Origin: Candidatus Parcubacteria bacterium
GTDB taxonomy: Bacteria > Patescibacteriota > Minisyncoccia > Minisyncoccales > JAGLUP01
Assembly (NCBI GenBank): GCA_023134715.1
Contig: JAGLUP010000002.1
Coordinates: 143,906-207,905, forward strand
Length of the DNA stretch: 64,000 nucleotides
Direction: 5' to 3'
A program made the translations under genes and the position numbers. The stretch's first letter is position 1; each line of letters begins with the position of its first letter. This document shows, piece after piece, positions 40,712 to 49,708 of this stretch. The notes below the pieces were generated by a model. It was given only the letters and a program-made list of their open reading frames with translations, was not told the DNA's origin and made no database searches.

Positions 40712-41434
40712 TTATTTTAACTTAGGATAAATTATATCATCAAGAATGCCACTGGAATTAGGACGCCCCGTTAAAAGACCTAAATAATAATTTTTTTGTT
40801 CTGATAAATTCAATTTTCTATACAATAATTTCAAATATGAATCGAAATCGTTTTTTGAATTTAAATTTATCATTGATTTTGAATTTAGAACACATAATAA
40901 AATTTTTATACCAGCTCTTACTGAATCTAACTGCACTTTTTTGTTATTTGCTACGCTTATAAAATCTCTTCCAAATTTAGATCCAGTAAAATTGGGGTCA
41001 AAATTTTTGTATACATCATAAAATGGGTCTTTTTGTTGCCCGTGTTTCTGTATTAAGCAAAATACTTCTATTGCCACAATTTTGCTATTGTATTTAGCAG
41101 TAAAATCTGGTTGAGAAATCTTTTTCTTCGCTTTAAGCGGGATGATACTTGTAAAACCAAAATGCTGTAACCAAAATATAGATCGTAATTCAGCCAAAAA
41201 AGCTTCTAATGCTTCAATCGTTAAATCTTTTGGCTTAAAGTCTAATCTTTGCAAAAGATCAGGAAAAGACAAATTCGTAACCTTGCATGCATCTTCCATC
41301 TTTTCCAAAATTTCTGATATTACTTTTGGATCATTCAATCTTTCGTCTTTTATTTTGCTGTATAAATTATCCAAATAAACTAATAAATTATCCTTTGAAA
41401 AAAAGTTTGTATTTGTTTTTATTTTATCAATCAT
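40712..41434 (-). CDS. hypothetical protein, possible PD-(D/E)xK core
   Basis: 240 aa; QPDFTAKYNSKIVAIEVFC could be a D...E.x nuclease-fold core; weak. Confidence 0.35.
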   Translation of the reverse strand: MIDKIKTNTNFFSKDNLLVYLDNLYSKIKDERLNDPKVISEILEKMEDACKVTNLSFPDLLQRLDFKPKDLTIEALEAFLAELRSIFWLQHFGFTSIIPLKAKKKISQPDFTAKYNSKIVAIEVFCLIQKHGQQKDPFYDVYKNFDPNFTGSKFGRDFISVANNKKVQLDSVRAGIKILLCVLNSKSMINLNSKNDFDSYLKLLYRKLNLSEQKNYYLGLLTGRPNSSGILDDIIYPKLK

Positions 41435-41524
41435 TAGTTTCGGTAAAAATAAATCGTGGAAAAATGATAATTCTTAATTTTTTCTTGTGTCATAAATCAT
41501 ATTTATATCATTATAATGCTCTAA

Positions 41525-41929
41525 TTATATCATTGCTGTTTTCTTAATTGAATCTAAAACCCAATCTCCTCTTAGTTTGTCTTTCATATTTTCAACTTCT
41601 TTGAGGGAAAACCATTGAGCGTCAAGAATTTCATCTTTGGGGAAATTAAGTCGTCCGTCAATTATTTTAGCTCTAAAAGAATGCTTTACTGGAGCTTTTG
41701 CGTTCTCGTGAAAAATATCTATTTTTTTTAATAGTTCAACATTATAACCAGTTTCTTCTTTAGCTTCCTTAACAGCAGTTTCTTCAATTGATAAACCCTG
41801 CTCTACCCTACCAGCAGGAAGATTCCATTTTCCATAACATTGAGCCTGCTTTTCTTGAACTAATAAAAACTTGCCATCTTTTTCAATAACCACTCCAGCT
41901 GCGACACCTATTTTAACTAAATTTTCCAT
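41525..41929 (-). CDS. NUDIX hydrolase, copy 1
   Basis: Nudix box GRVEQGLSIEETAVKEAKEETGY; 134 aa; 3 aa differences from 48888..49292. Confidence 0.85.
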   Translation of the reverse strand: MENLVKIGVAAGVVIEKDGKFLLVQEKQAQCYGKWNLPAGRVEQGLSIEETAVKEAKEETGYNVELLKKIDIFHENAKAPVKHSFRAKIIDGRLNFPKDEILDAQWFSLKEVENMKDKLRGDWVLDSIKKTAMI

Positions 41930-41937
41930 AAATTTTA

Positions 41938-42582
41938 TTATAATAAAAACATTTTTTTCACAAGTTTTCTAGGATTATACTCATTGTAACCATAATTAGG
42001 CCAAATTTCTCCAATATGGATTTTCCAAACCCCATCCTTATTCTTATTTGTATTAATAAACATTATTTTTGAGAAAGGAAACCCTGTTATATAAATGGAC
42101 CTCGCTGTTTTTTCTAAGTTAATGCCTTTGTGGCCATCAAAAAAAATTACTAAAATCGCAGAACTTTTTGTATACTTTTTTTGTATTTTAGAAAGAAGAT
42201 GAATTAATCCTTTTGTATCTTTTTCTTTTTGAAAGTGTCCAAAACGCTTTAGTTGGAAAATCCAGGCAACGTTTTTCTTTCCATAAAAGCTTCCAACTGG
42301 TGAAATTGCAACATCAACTAAATCATTCTCTTCATTATGGATTTCAATCAAGTCTTTAGCCTCATCTACTGTAAGCGGCTTAGAATTTTTTTCATAATAT
42401 TTTAAATATTTTGGATTTAATTTAATGCCAACAACACAATCAAAACCATTTTCTATTTCAAAAAATCCTTTTAGAATAATCGCTGCTCCCAACTCATAAT
42501 CTTTTCCCATCAGACGTTTACCATACTTTTTTATGTATAGTCTAATTGTCTTGTCGTCTAGGTATATATAATCACCATGCAT
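41938..42582 (-). CDS. hypothetical protein (8-nt gap to NUDIX copy 1)
   Basis: 214 aa; DVAISPV...IFQLKR could be a nuclease-fold core; otherwise unassigned. Confidence 0.4.
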   Translation of the reverse strand: MHGDYIYLDDKTIRLYIKKYGKRLMGKDYELGAAIILKGFFEIENGFDCVVGIKLNPKYLKYYEKNSKPLTVDEAKDLIEIHNEENDLVDVAISPVGSFYGKKNVAWIFQLKRFGHFQKEKDTKGLIHLLSKIQKKYTKSSAILVIFFDGHKGINLEKTARSIYITGFPFSKIMFINTNKNKDGVWKIHIGEIWPNYGYNEYNPRKLVKKMFLL

Positions 42583-42690
42583 AATTTATAATAAACAACT
42601 ATATGGCATGTCGCCATAATTTTATTTTAAGCTTAAGATGTTCCAATTTTTCTCGTTTTCATAAGAATAATTTTCGTTTATGGATATTTT

Positions 42691-42876
42691 TTAATTCGCT
42701 TCTTCATAACATTTATCGCAAAGCTTTTTTCTATGTAAGGAATGTAAAAATTTATCTTTTATATTTTTTGCATAATAAAAATCACCAGTGTTTATTTGCC
42801 CTCTGCATTTCATGCAAGCATGACTTATTCTGGCCTTTGTTTTCTTAAAAAATTTTAGATTATCATATTTGCTCAT
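42691..42876 (-). CDS. small zinc-ribbon protein
   Basis: 61 aa with CMKC...CDKC pairs. Confidence 0.45.
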   Translation of the reverse strand: MSKYDNLKFFKKTKARISHACMKCRGQINTGDFYYAKNIKDKFLHSLHRKKLCDKCYEEAN

Positions 42877-42892
42877 AGTTTAAATTAAGATT

Positions 42893-43936
42893 TTATTCTC
42901 TAATTTCGTTTATTAATTTCTTTTCGGGTTTTTTTAAAACAGATTCGACTATAGATATATTTTTTGATCTGGCTAATTGTTTTATTTCACGCTTTACGTC
43001 AGAAGAATTTGTGAAAATATATCCTCTACTGCAACCAATATCTAACATCTTTCCGGAAAAAATAAAGACATCTGCAACACTTATGGATCCAGTCTTACAC
43101 TCACAAAAAATTCTAATACTCTCTTTTGTGTTTTCTGCGATATTATCAATCTCATGTTCTACGCCTGAATGGCCAAGCAGATACACACCACACATTGTCT
43201 GAAAATTTTTTTTCCTTAAAAGATAATCGATACCGTGTTCAAGCCACAGGTTGTCATTTATAAAAGAAATGGTACCTGGGTTAAATCTATGAATTATAAT
43301 GTTTTCTGTTTTATTAATGAAGTTGATCTTTTCGCCACAAATACAATCTACTGAATGAAATCGATCTATACTGATTAAGGATTTGCATTTTTTGCAGAAA
43401 TATACGGGGTGTCCCACAAGAATATCAAGTGCTATCTTTTTTTTAGTTTCGAAACTATCCATTAAATTGTTTACCTTGTTTGACTTTTCTCGAAGCTTTC
43501 GTCTTATTTTGAGATTATAATCTTTTCTTTCTTTCTCGAGTTTTTCTTTCAATTCTTTTTCAATCTCTATTCGTTGTTCCTTCGTCGCATGTCTTAATTT
43601 TCTAATTAATCTAAAAGTATAGGCTCCTCTTGAGCTAACTCTAATCCTACTTTGATAAGGGGTTACAGGAGAAGAATATCGGTGTGGCGACGAATGTAAC
43701 AAATGATAGTCGAGGTCTGTCTTTTTTAAACTCTCTTTTGCTATTTCTAAAATTTTATTTATCTCCTCAGTAAGTTCCTTAATCTTACAAAAAAGTTCGT
43801 TTAAATCATAATCCAAAAGAAGGTTAGACCTTATTAGATTTTGAACCCTTGGGTCGTTTTCTACTAATTCCCTTGCTGTTTTTTTTATATACTTTAAAGC
43901 GGGTAATTTTAAGTTTGGTGGCGAATGAAGTTCCAT
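42893..43936 (-). CDS. coiled-coil / zinc-ribbon / Mrr-like restriction-endonuclease-fold protein
   Basis: CKKCKS...CICGEK ribbon; C-terminal EHEIDNIAEN...IFCECKTG...GYIFTNS...A....I resembles the Mrr_cat (D...E.K) core. Confidence 0.5.
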   Translation of the reverse strand: MELHSPPNLKLPALKYIKKTARELVENDPRVQNLIRSNLLLDYDLNELFCKIKELTEEINKILEIAKESLKKTDLDYHLLHSSPHRYSSPVTPYQSRIRVSSRGAYTFRLIRKLRHATKEQRIEIEKELKEKLEKERKDYNLKIRRKLREKSNKVNNLMDSFETKKKIALDILVGHPVYFCKKCKSLISIDRFHSVDCICGEKINFINKTENIIIHRFNPGTISFINDNLWLEHGIDYLLRKKNFQTMCGVYLLGHSGVEHEIDNIAENTKESIRIFCECKTGSISVADVFIFSGKMLDIGCSRGYIFTNSSDVKREIKQLARSKNISIVESVLKKPEKKLINEIRE

Positions 43937-43995
43937 AATTTTATATTTTAATTATTAATTAATTATTGTTATTTAATTTTCTGAAAAAGGTGGTT

Positions 43996-44045
43996 GACGC
44001 CATTTAATGTGGACCCCATTTAATGATTTAATGACCCTATTTAAC
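43996..44045. repeat. three direct repeats upstream of 42893..43936 (possible operator/iteron)
   Basis: gacgccatttaatg (43996), gaccccatttaatg (44012), gaccctatttaac (44033). Confidence 0.55.
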
Positions 44046-44095
44046 AAATCTACTTTAATTCCTTAGAAATTGAGTCAGCGAGGTTGCTATGCCGC

Positions 44096-44811
44096 CTACT
44101 TTAATCTTTTAATCTCTTTTTTTATTTCTTTGATTACTTCTGGATTATGGATTATCTTATCTTTACCTTCGGTTATTGAAATAATATAAAATACCTTTCC
44201 GCCGTATTTTGTGGTAAATTTTTCGTGCGTTTTTTTCTGCTGTTCTTTTTCGTTGATTATTTGCGTAATATATTCAAAGCCCGCGGGTTTTATTTGAAGA
44301 CCGATATATTTTTCGTGAATTTTAATAAAATAATCAACATTATATCTTCTATCCCATTCATCGGAAGCAGGTTCAATTTTAACTCCGAGGGTTTTTTCAA
44401 GTTGTCCGTATATTGTTTGAATCTCTGATTGATAACCATCAAAAGTTCTATTTATAACCAGGTTGTATATAAAGTTTATACAATCCTCTTCGGTAACATT
44501 TTCTATTTCGGCTTTACAAACATCGGTAACTTTAATAAATAATATTTTTCCAAGTTGCTCAAGGTGTTGTTTTGAATAAGCTTTGTCTAAATAAAATTTT
44601 AGCCTAATTTTTTATATTTATTATTTATGATACATTCTTGAAATACAACTGCACTTAAAGAACATTTTAAAAAAATAAAATTTAAAGCTTGTTCTGAATC
44701 ATAATTATTTCTTCTTAGAATTTTAAAAAAATCCCAAAAAGAAAATTTATCATGAAGAATAAAAAAATTTTCATTGTTTTTAACAAATTGTCGATTCAAG
44801 ATTTTCTTCAT
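44096..44811 (-). pseudogene. restriction-endonuclease-like gene interrupted by a frameshift
   Basis: N-terminal 70 aa (44599..44811) stop at 44599. A Met-less 171-codon frame (44096..44611) continues with ...YNVDYFIKIHEKYIGLQIKP... (D...Q.K core). The frames overlap at an a/t run, 44599-44611. Confidence 0.55.
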
Positions 44812-44858
44812 AATTTATTTTACTAGACTAATATAATATCTCTTGCTAGTATAGTAGC

Positions 44859-45875
44859 ATGAGATATCATATTCTTACAACTGTCAAATTTGCTAATGAA
44901 TGTATTGAAAACGGCATTTATGGAGCTACTAATTCTAACTGGCTAGCCAATATTGAGTTTGGCGACTTTGTTTTTATTTCACAATTTAATTATAAATCAC
45001 AAAACATTTATGGACCGTTTAAAGTTGCAGAAACTTTATTCTACGATAAAAATATAATTTATCCAAATCAAAAATATTATTATCGTATTAAGCTTGATCC
45101 AAGTAAGGTTAAAGTAATCGACGAAACTGATTTATATTTAAATGGCATTAAAAATGAAAATATAGATTTGGCATATTATATTATTAATTTAATACAACAA
45201 AATAAACATCTTCATTCAATAAGCCTTGTTGAACAAGAAGGAAAATTTATTTTAGAAACTATAGAAAAATTGGGCAATAAAACTAAAATAGAAAGCGTTA
45301 ATAATCATTCTTTAGATTTCGAGACACACAAGGTTGATACAAATTTTTTGATAGCGAAAAATAAACTATTCAAAAAATTATCTTTTTCTTCCGAAAGCGA
45401 TTTGGAAGCTTTTATTTTATTAAATTTAAAAAATGAAAATAGTATATTATACAAACAAATTGATAAAATTTTAAATGAATTTCAAAAAAATTATCTTGGT
45501 AATTCAATAACTTATAACCAATTTATTTTTGGCAATGCCTATCCAGCAGATATTGTAATTATCAATAAGGAAAATATAAATATCTTCGAACTAAAAAAAG
45601 ACATCCTTGATCAAAACCCACTCTCAATTTTAAGAAAAGAAATGAAAAAATACTGTTATTACTCTTTATTTTCTCGTAGAATACAAAATAAAGATATTAA
45701 ACGAATGAATTTTTTCCTTCTTACCCTAAAAGATGCTAATAATAAAACCAAAAAAGATCTTTATCGTGAGTTTAGTAATATAAACAATTTTGTAAGTAAT
45801 TTAAGAGAAAATAATTTTATTATTCTCGAATATTATATTGATAATGGTCGTTTATTTATAAAAAAAGTAAACTAA
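44859..45875 (+). CDS. PUA/EVE-like N-terminal domain + PD-(D/E)xK nuclease domain protein (type IV restriction-like)
   Basis: N-terminus GIYGAT...W..I..GDFVFI....IYGPFKV resembles PUA-like readers (weak). C-terminus SESDLEAFILLNL...YPADIVIINKENINIFELKKD...KYCYY is a NucS/PDDEXK-like core. It is the only plus-strand gene inside the minus-strand R-M remnant. Confidence 0.5.
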   Translation: MRYHILTTVKFANECIENGIYGATNSNWLANIEFGDFVFISQFNYKSQNIYGPFKVAETLFYDKNIIYPNQKYYYRIKLDPSKVKVIDETDLYLNGIKNENIDLAYYIINLIQQNKHLHSISLVEQEGKFILETIEKLGNKTKIESVNNHSLDFETHKVDTNFLIAKNKLFKKLSFSSESDLEAFILLNLKNENSILYKQIDKILNEFQKNYLGNSITYNQFIFGNAYPADIVIINKENINIFELKKDILDQNPLSILRKEMKKYCYYSLFSRRIQNKDIKRMNFFLLTLKDANNKTKKDLYREFSNINNFVSNLRENNFIILEYYIDNGRLFIKKVN

Positions 45876-46234
45876 GTTTTTTGCCAAATAATAGCTCCTA
45901 TATAATCAAAACCGATAGTTTCGCAAAATTTAATTATTTCTGTTCTAATTGGAATAATTTTATATCTACCATAATAAACCGCGCGAGCAAATTGATCGCC
46001 TATGTTTATGCAAAGCCTACAACCATCATTCAAAACCCTAAAACACTCTTTCCATACTAAATTTAGGTTATTAATATAATTTTCATAACTATCATTGAAG
46101 CCAATCTGATCTGACGAGCCATAATCTTTTAATTGCCAATAGGGTGGTGAAGTAATCACGAGATGAACAGAATTATTTTTTAATTCTGGCATATTTCTGG
46201 AATCGCCTATTATAACCTTGTGATTAGTTTTCAT
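45872..46234 (-). pseudogene. N4/N6 DNA methyltransferase, N-terminal fragment only
   Basis: SPPY motif IV (VITSPPYWQLKDY) and IIWQK present; stops after 120 aa; the FxGxG SAM-binding half is absent; the stop overlaps the end of 44859..45875. Confidence 0.65.
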
Positions 46235-46416
46235 ATTTTCATATTTTATTATTCCAATTATTAGAATAAAAATTTGGGTTGCGTAGTTTTAATTATCTAT
46301 GCTTTATTATAACAAAAAACCGCTTCTGCGGAAAGGCGGAGGCGGGGTTTTCAATGTTTGTTTGTAAATAAAAAAGCCTTGCGGAAGCAGGGCGGGGTTG
46401 TTTTGGTCGGATAATT

Positions 46417-46611
46417 TTATTTACTTGGTTTTTCAGGGACGACAAAAGCAGAAATAATATAAACAAAAATACCTGGGGCAAAACCAGTAAAAACAACAAT
46501 CAAAAGCCAAGTAATTCTCAAAATAGCAGGGTCTATATTTAAATATTCCCCTATTCCTCCAATAACTCCCGCGAAGATTCTATTTTTCTCGCTTCTATAT
46601 AATTTTTTCAT
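46417..46611 (-). CDS. PspC-domain membrane protein
   Basis: LYRS..NRIFAGVIGGIGEYLNIDPAILRI.W. Confidence 0.75.
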   Translation of the reverse strand: MKKLYRSEKNRIFAGVIGGIGEYLNIDPAILRITWLLIVVFTGFAPGIFVYIISAFVVPEKPSK

Positions 46612-46742
46612 AATTTTTATTTATTTTTATTTATATTTTTATTATAACAAAAAATTATTGTTTTGGTAATTTTATTTTCTTTTTCTGATTTAGTAAAATT
46701 TTAAGTAAAAGAATAGTCGCAGGATATACTGCGACATAAATT

Positions 46743-47138
46743 TTAATGACTTGGTGGATCACTTTTTTCACTTAGCTCTATTTTGAAAAAGCTTTGATCA
46801 TCGGGGTCAATTTCTCCGACAAAAACTTCCATACTCCCTCCGTCATGATTGCAACAAAGAGAGTTTCCGACGAAATGGCATATATCAACAGCCAAATCAT
46901 CTCTTAACCTCTTTGTTCTTTCTTGACTAGAAAGAAAATCAACGTAAACAAGTATTTTATTTCCTATTTGTTTTTTAATATTTATCCCGTCGACATAAAT
47001 CTCTGTCTTATCGTCAAATTTCACAATCACCTCCTTAGATTCCACCTTTAACTTTTCTACTATAATCCGTGTAACCAAACTTGCTACACCATCCCTTGAC
47101 TCTCCTTCTGGAAGTCCTTCAATCCTTATAATTGGCAT
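46743..47138 (-). CDS. hypothetical protein, possibly tautomerase-like (Met-Pro start)
   Basis: The track ORF starts at TTG 47204; an internal ATG gives MPIIRIEG..., reminiscent of 4-OT/MIF Pro-1 enzymes; weak. Confidence 0.3.
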   Translation of the reverse strand: MPIIRIEGLPEGESRDGVASLVTRIIVEKLKVESKEVIVKFDDKTEIYVDGINIKKQIGNKILVYVDFLSSQERTKRLRDDLAVDICHFVGNSLCCNHDGGSMEVFVGEIDPDDQSFFKIELSEKSDPPSH

Positions 47139-47401
47139 TTTCTTTTTTATTTCGGTATTTTTTTTATTCAATTCTTTCTCTCCAGATTTAATTGTAAGGA
47201 GCAATTTCTATTTTAAAGAATAGCATAAAATTAAGGTTCTGTCAATTTTTTAATATAAAAAAGCCTTGCGAAGGCAAGGCGGGGTTGTTTTGGAATAAAG
47301 TTTAAAATTTGGGGTTAAATTTTTAATTTTTCAAATTCGTCAATATCTTTATTTTTTCTCACATTATCCAAGGAAGTGATTGAGGTCGAACCTCAGCCGC
47401 T

Positions 47402-48487
47402 TTAATCATCGTCTATTAAATCTGTTCTGAACTTTGCATAGATTGGATAATGGTCCGAGACATCCCAGACTAATTCTTTGTCACTGAGCGCGTATTCTTC
47501 GTCAAAATAAAAAACTGCCGCGCTGTTACTCATATATTCGTGACTAAGTGTAGCATTTATCATAACTATTCTATCATAAGTCCAGTCAGTTTTAGTCATA
47601 GTATCCATATCATTAGTAATTACCCAATGGTATTTATAGGATTTAAAAGGATTAATATCGTCATCTTCATCAAAATAACTTCCATCTGCGTTAAAATCTC
47701 CCATAACTATAATATCTTTTTCGTTGGGGTCTTTTGCTAAAATTGAATCAACGACATCCGCAAGATAGCTAATTTCGGAGTCGGCATCATCCGGCTTAAC
47801 GTGAATTCCCGCAAGAGTAAAGTCAAAATTTCCTTTTTTGAAAGAAGCTATATATGGCTCTCTTTGAAAAACATCGTTTATATCATTATACACATAAGCA
47901 GAGCCCTCAATAAATTCTATTTCATCGGTATTATAGAAATAAGCATAAGCTTCCTTGCTGCTTCCTCTGCCAAGCCTTTCACTTCTTTGAAAAGCATATT
48001 TTTGATAACCAGCCGCTTCGTTTATTTTTTGAAGGTAATAAGGAGCGGTTTCTTCTTTTGCGTCTCTAATTTCTTGAACAAGCATAACATCAAATTCTTG
48101 AGCGATTCTTTTCAGCATATCCATTACGTCATTTTTCTCTCTTTTCGTTTTTCCAAATATCTGAATATTGAAGGCGGCAACTTTAATCGGTTTTACTTCT
48201 GAACACTTATTATTTTTACATTCACAGCCAAATACTTCGTGTACCTCCTGACAATTAATTCCACAAACCTTATTTTCTAAAACTTCCGGCGTCTGACCCG
48301 CGCGATAACACTTGCAATCACAAAGAGAAAGATTGCACTCATTACTTTGTTCACATTCTTTGCTATCCTCTAATTCTTGTTGAAAGAACAAAAATGAAAA
48401 ACCGATAGAAGTTATTATTAAAACAATTATTGAACTTTTTTTCAAGTTGGTTATTTTTTTATTTTTTGGCATATTATTTATTGACAT
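47402..48487 (-). CDS. secreted DNase I-like endonuclease/exonuclease/phosphatase (EEP) family nuclease with Cys-rich N-terminal domain
   Basis: signal/TM; IKVAAFNIQIFG..K.......L..I....DV.LVQEI; GDFNADGSY; SDHYPIYA. Confidence 0.75.
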   Translation of the reverse strand: MSINNMPKNKKITNLKKSSIIVLIITSIGFSFLFFQQELEDSKECEQSNECNLSLCDCKCYRAGQTPEVLENKVCGINCQEVHEVFGCECKNNKCSEVKPIKVAAFNIQIFGKTKREKNDVMDMLKRIAQEFDVMLVQEIRDAKEETAPYYLQKINEAAGYQKYAFQRSERLGRGSSKEAYAYFYNTDEIEFIEGSAYVYNDINDVFQREPYIASFKKGNFDFTLAGIHVKPDDADSEISYLADVVDSILAKDPNEKDIIVMGDFNADGSYFDEDDDINPFKSYKYHWVITNDMDTMTKTDWTYDRIVMINATLSHEYMSNSAAVFYFDEEYALSDKELVWDVSDHYPIYAKFRTDLIDDD

Positions 48488-48736
48488 GGAAAGTCCTATC
48501 CTTATAACAGATTTCTTTTCCGGGAAGTAATTCTACTTTTGGTAGATATGAGTAAATTTCATCTTAGTGTATTATACCTGCATTTCACTCAAAAACAATA
48601 TCTGCGCTATATTTGAAACAAGCGAAATCCCATCGGTTTCGCTTTTTAATTTCTATCCAAGAAGGCGACAAAAAAGAGATTTTGCAATTCCCCTAAATAG
48701 TGAGTTTGACAATTTCGCCGTGTTTATTCAGAATAT

Positions 48737-48856
48737 TTATCTTCCTTTTTGTCTATTCTCTTTTTCAATGTTGTTTCCAACCGTGCATTCTTTGTAAATA
48801 TGATATACTTCTGTTTTTTCGTCTGTATGATATGGTTTAACTTTTTTGGGTTTCAT
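48737..48856 (-). CDS. possible 39-aa small protein (below ORF-track cutoff)
   Basis: MKPKKVKPYHTDEKTEVYHIYKECTVGNNIEKENRQKGR; a VYH..C..G..I...N pattern I recall only loosely; its first codons are part of the NUDIX-associated duplication. Confidence 0.25.
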   Translation of the reverse strand: MKPKKVKPYHTDEKTEVYHIYKECTVGNNIEKENRQKGR

Positions 48857-48887
48857 AAATTTTATTTATATCATTATAATGCTCTAA

Positions 48888-49292
48888 TTATATCATTGCT
48901 GTTTTCTTAATTGAATCTAAAACCCAATCTCCTCTTAGTTTGTCTTTCATATTTTCAACTTCTTTGAGGGAAAACCATTGAGCGTCAAGAATTTCATCTT
49001 TGGGGAAATTAAGTTGTCCGTCAATTATTTTAGCTCTAAAAGAATGCTTTACTGGAGCTTTTGCGTTCTCGTGAAAAATATCTATTTTTTTTAATAGTTC
49101 AACATTATAACCAGTTTCTTCTTTAGCTTCCTTAACGGCAGTTTCTTCAATTGATAAACCTTGCTCTACTCTGCCAGCAGGAAGATTCCATTTTCCATAA
49201 CATTGAGCCTGCTTTTCTTGAACTAATAAAAACTTGCCATCTTTTTCAATAACCACTCCAGCTGCGATATTTATTTTAACTAAATTTTCCAT
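48888..49292 (-). CDS. NUDIX hydrolase, copy 2
   Basis: same Nudix box; about 450 nt including flanks nearly identical to 41491-41940. Confidence 0.85.
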   Translation of the reverse strand: MENLVKINIAAGVVIEKDGKFLLVQEKQAQCYGKWNLPAGRVEQGLSIEETAVKEAKEETGYNVELLKKIDIFHENAKAPVKHSFRAKIIDGQLNFPKDEILDAQWFSLKEVENMKDKLRGDWVLDSIKKTAMI

Positions 49293-49333
49293 AAATTTTA
49301 TTTATTTTTTGAAAAAGGTGGCTGACTGGATTT

Positions 49334-49708
49334 TTAACTTAAATACTTTTTTATTCTATCGCGGTCCTCATTTTCTTTTTCACCCTTAAAATATATCTGA
49401 ATAAATTCAACTTTACAAGTTTGAGAATAAAAAGCGTAAATAACTCGTATTCCGCTTTTTGAGCCTCGTCCTTTTAGCGCCTTGCAGGCAAATTTTTTGA
49501 TTTTGCAAATTTGTACTATTTCCGTACAAAAACCTTTGATTGGAAAAATGCTTTGATTGTCAATGCGTTTAAGGTGATAAAGCTCAATAGCGTTGCGTTT
49601 TGCAGTTTCTAAATCTTCCTCAAGCGTTCTATATTTTTTGAGAAGTCGCTTGAGGTCTTTTTGAAAAAGGTTAATTTCACTGTATTTAATCTTCGTCGGT
49701 TTTGTCAT
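49334..49708 (-). CDS. RelE/ParE-superfamily-like toxin
   Basis: 124 aa; ...GSKSGIRVIYAFY....V.FIQIYFKGEKENED resembles RelE/HigB-type toxins; overlaps the upstream antitoxin by 23 nt. Confidence 0.5.
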   Translation of the reverse strand: MTKPTKIKYSEINLFQKDLKRLLKKYRTLEEDLETAKRNAIELYHLKRIDNQSIFPIKGFCTEIVQICKIKKFACKALKGRGSKSGIRVIYAFYSQTCKVEFIQIYFKGEKENEDRDRIKKYLS

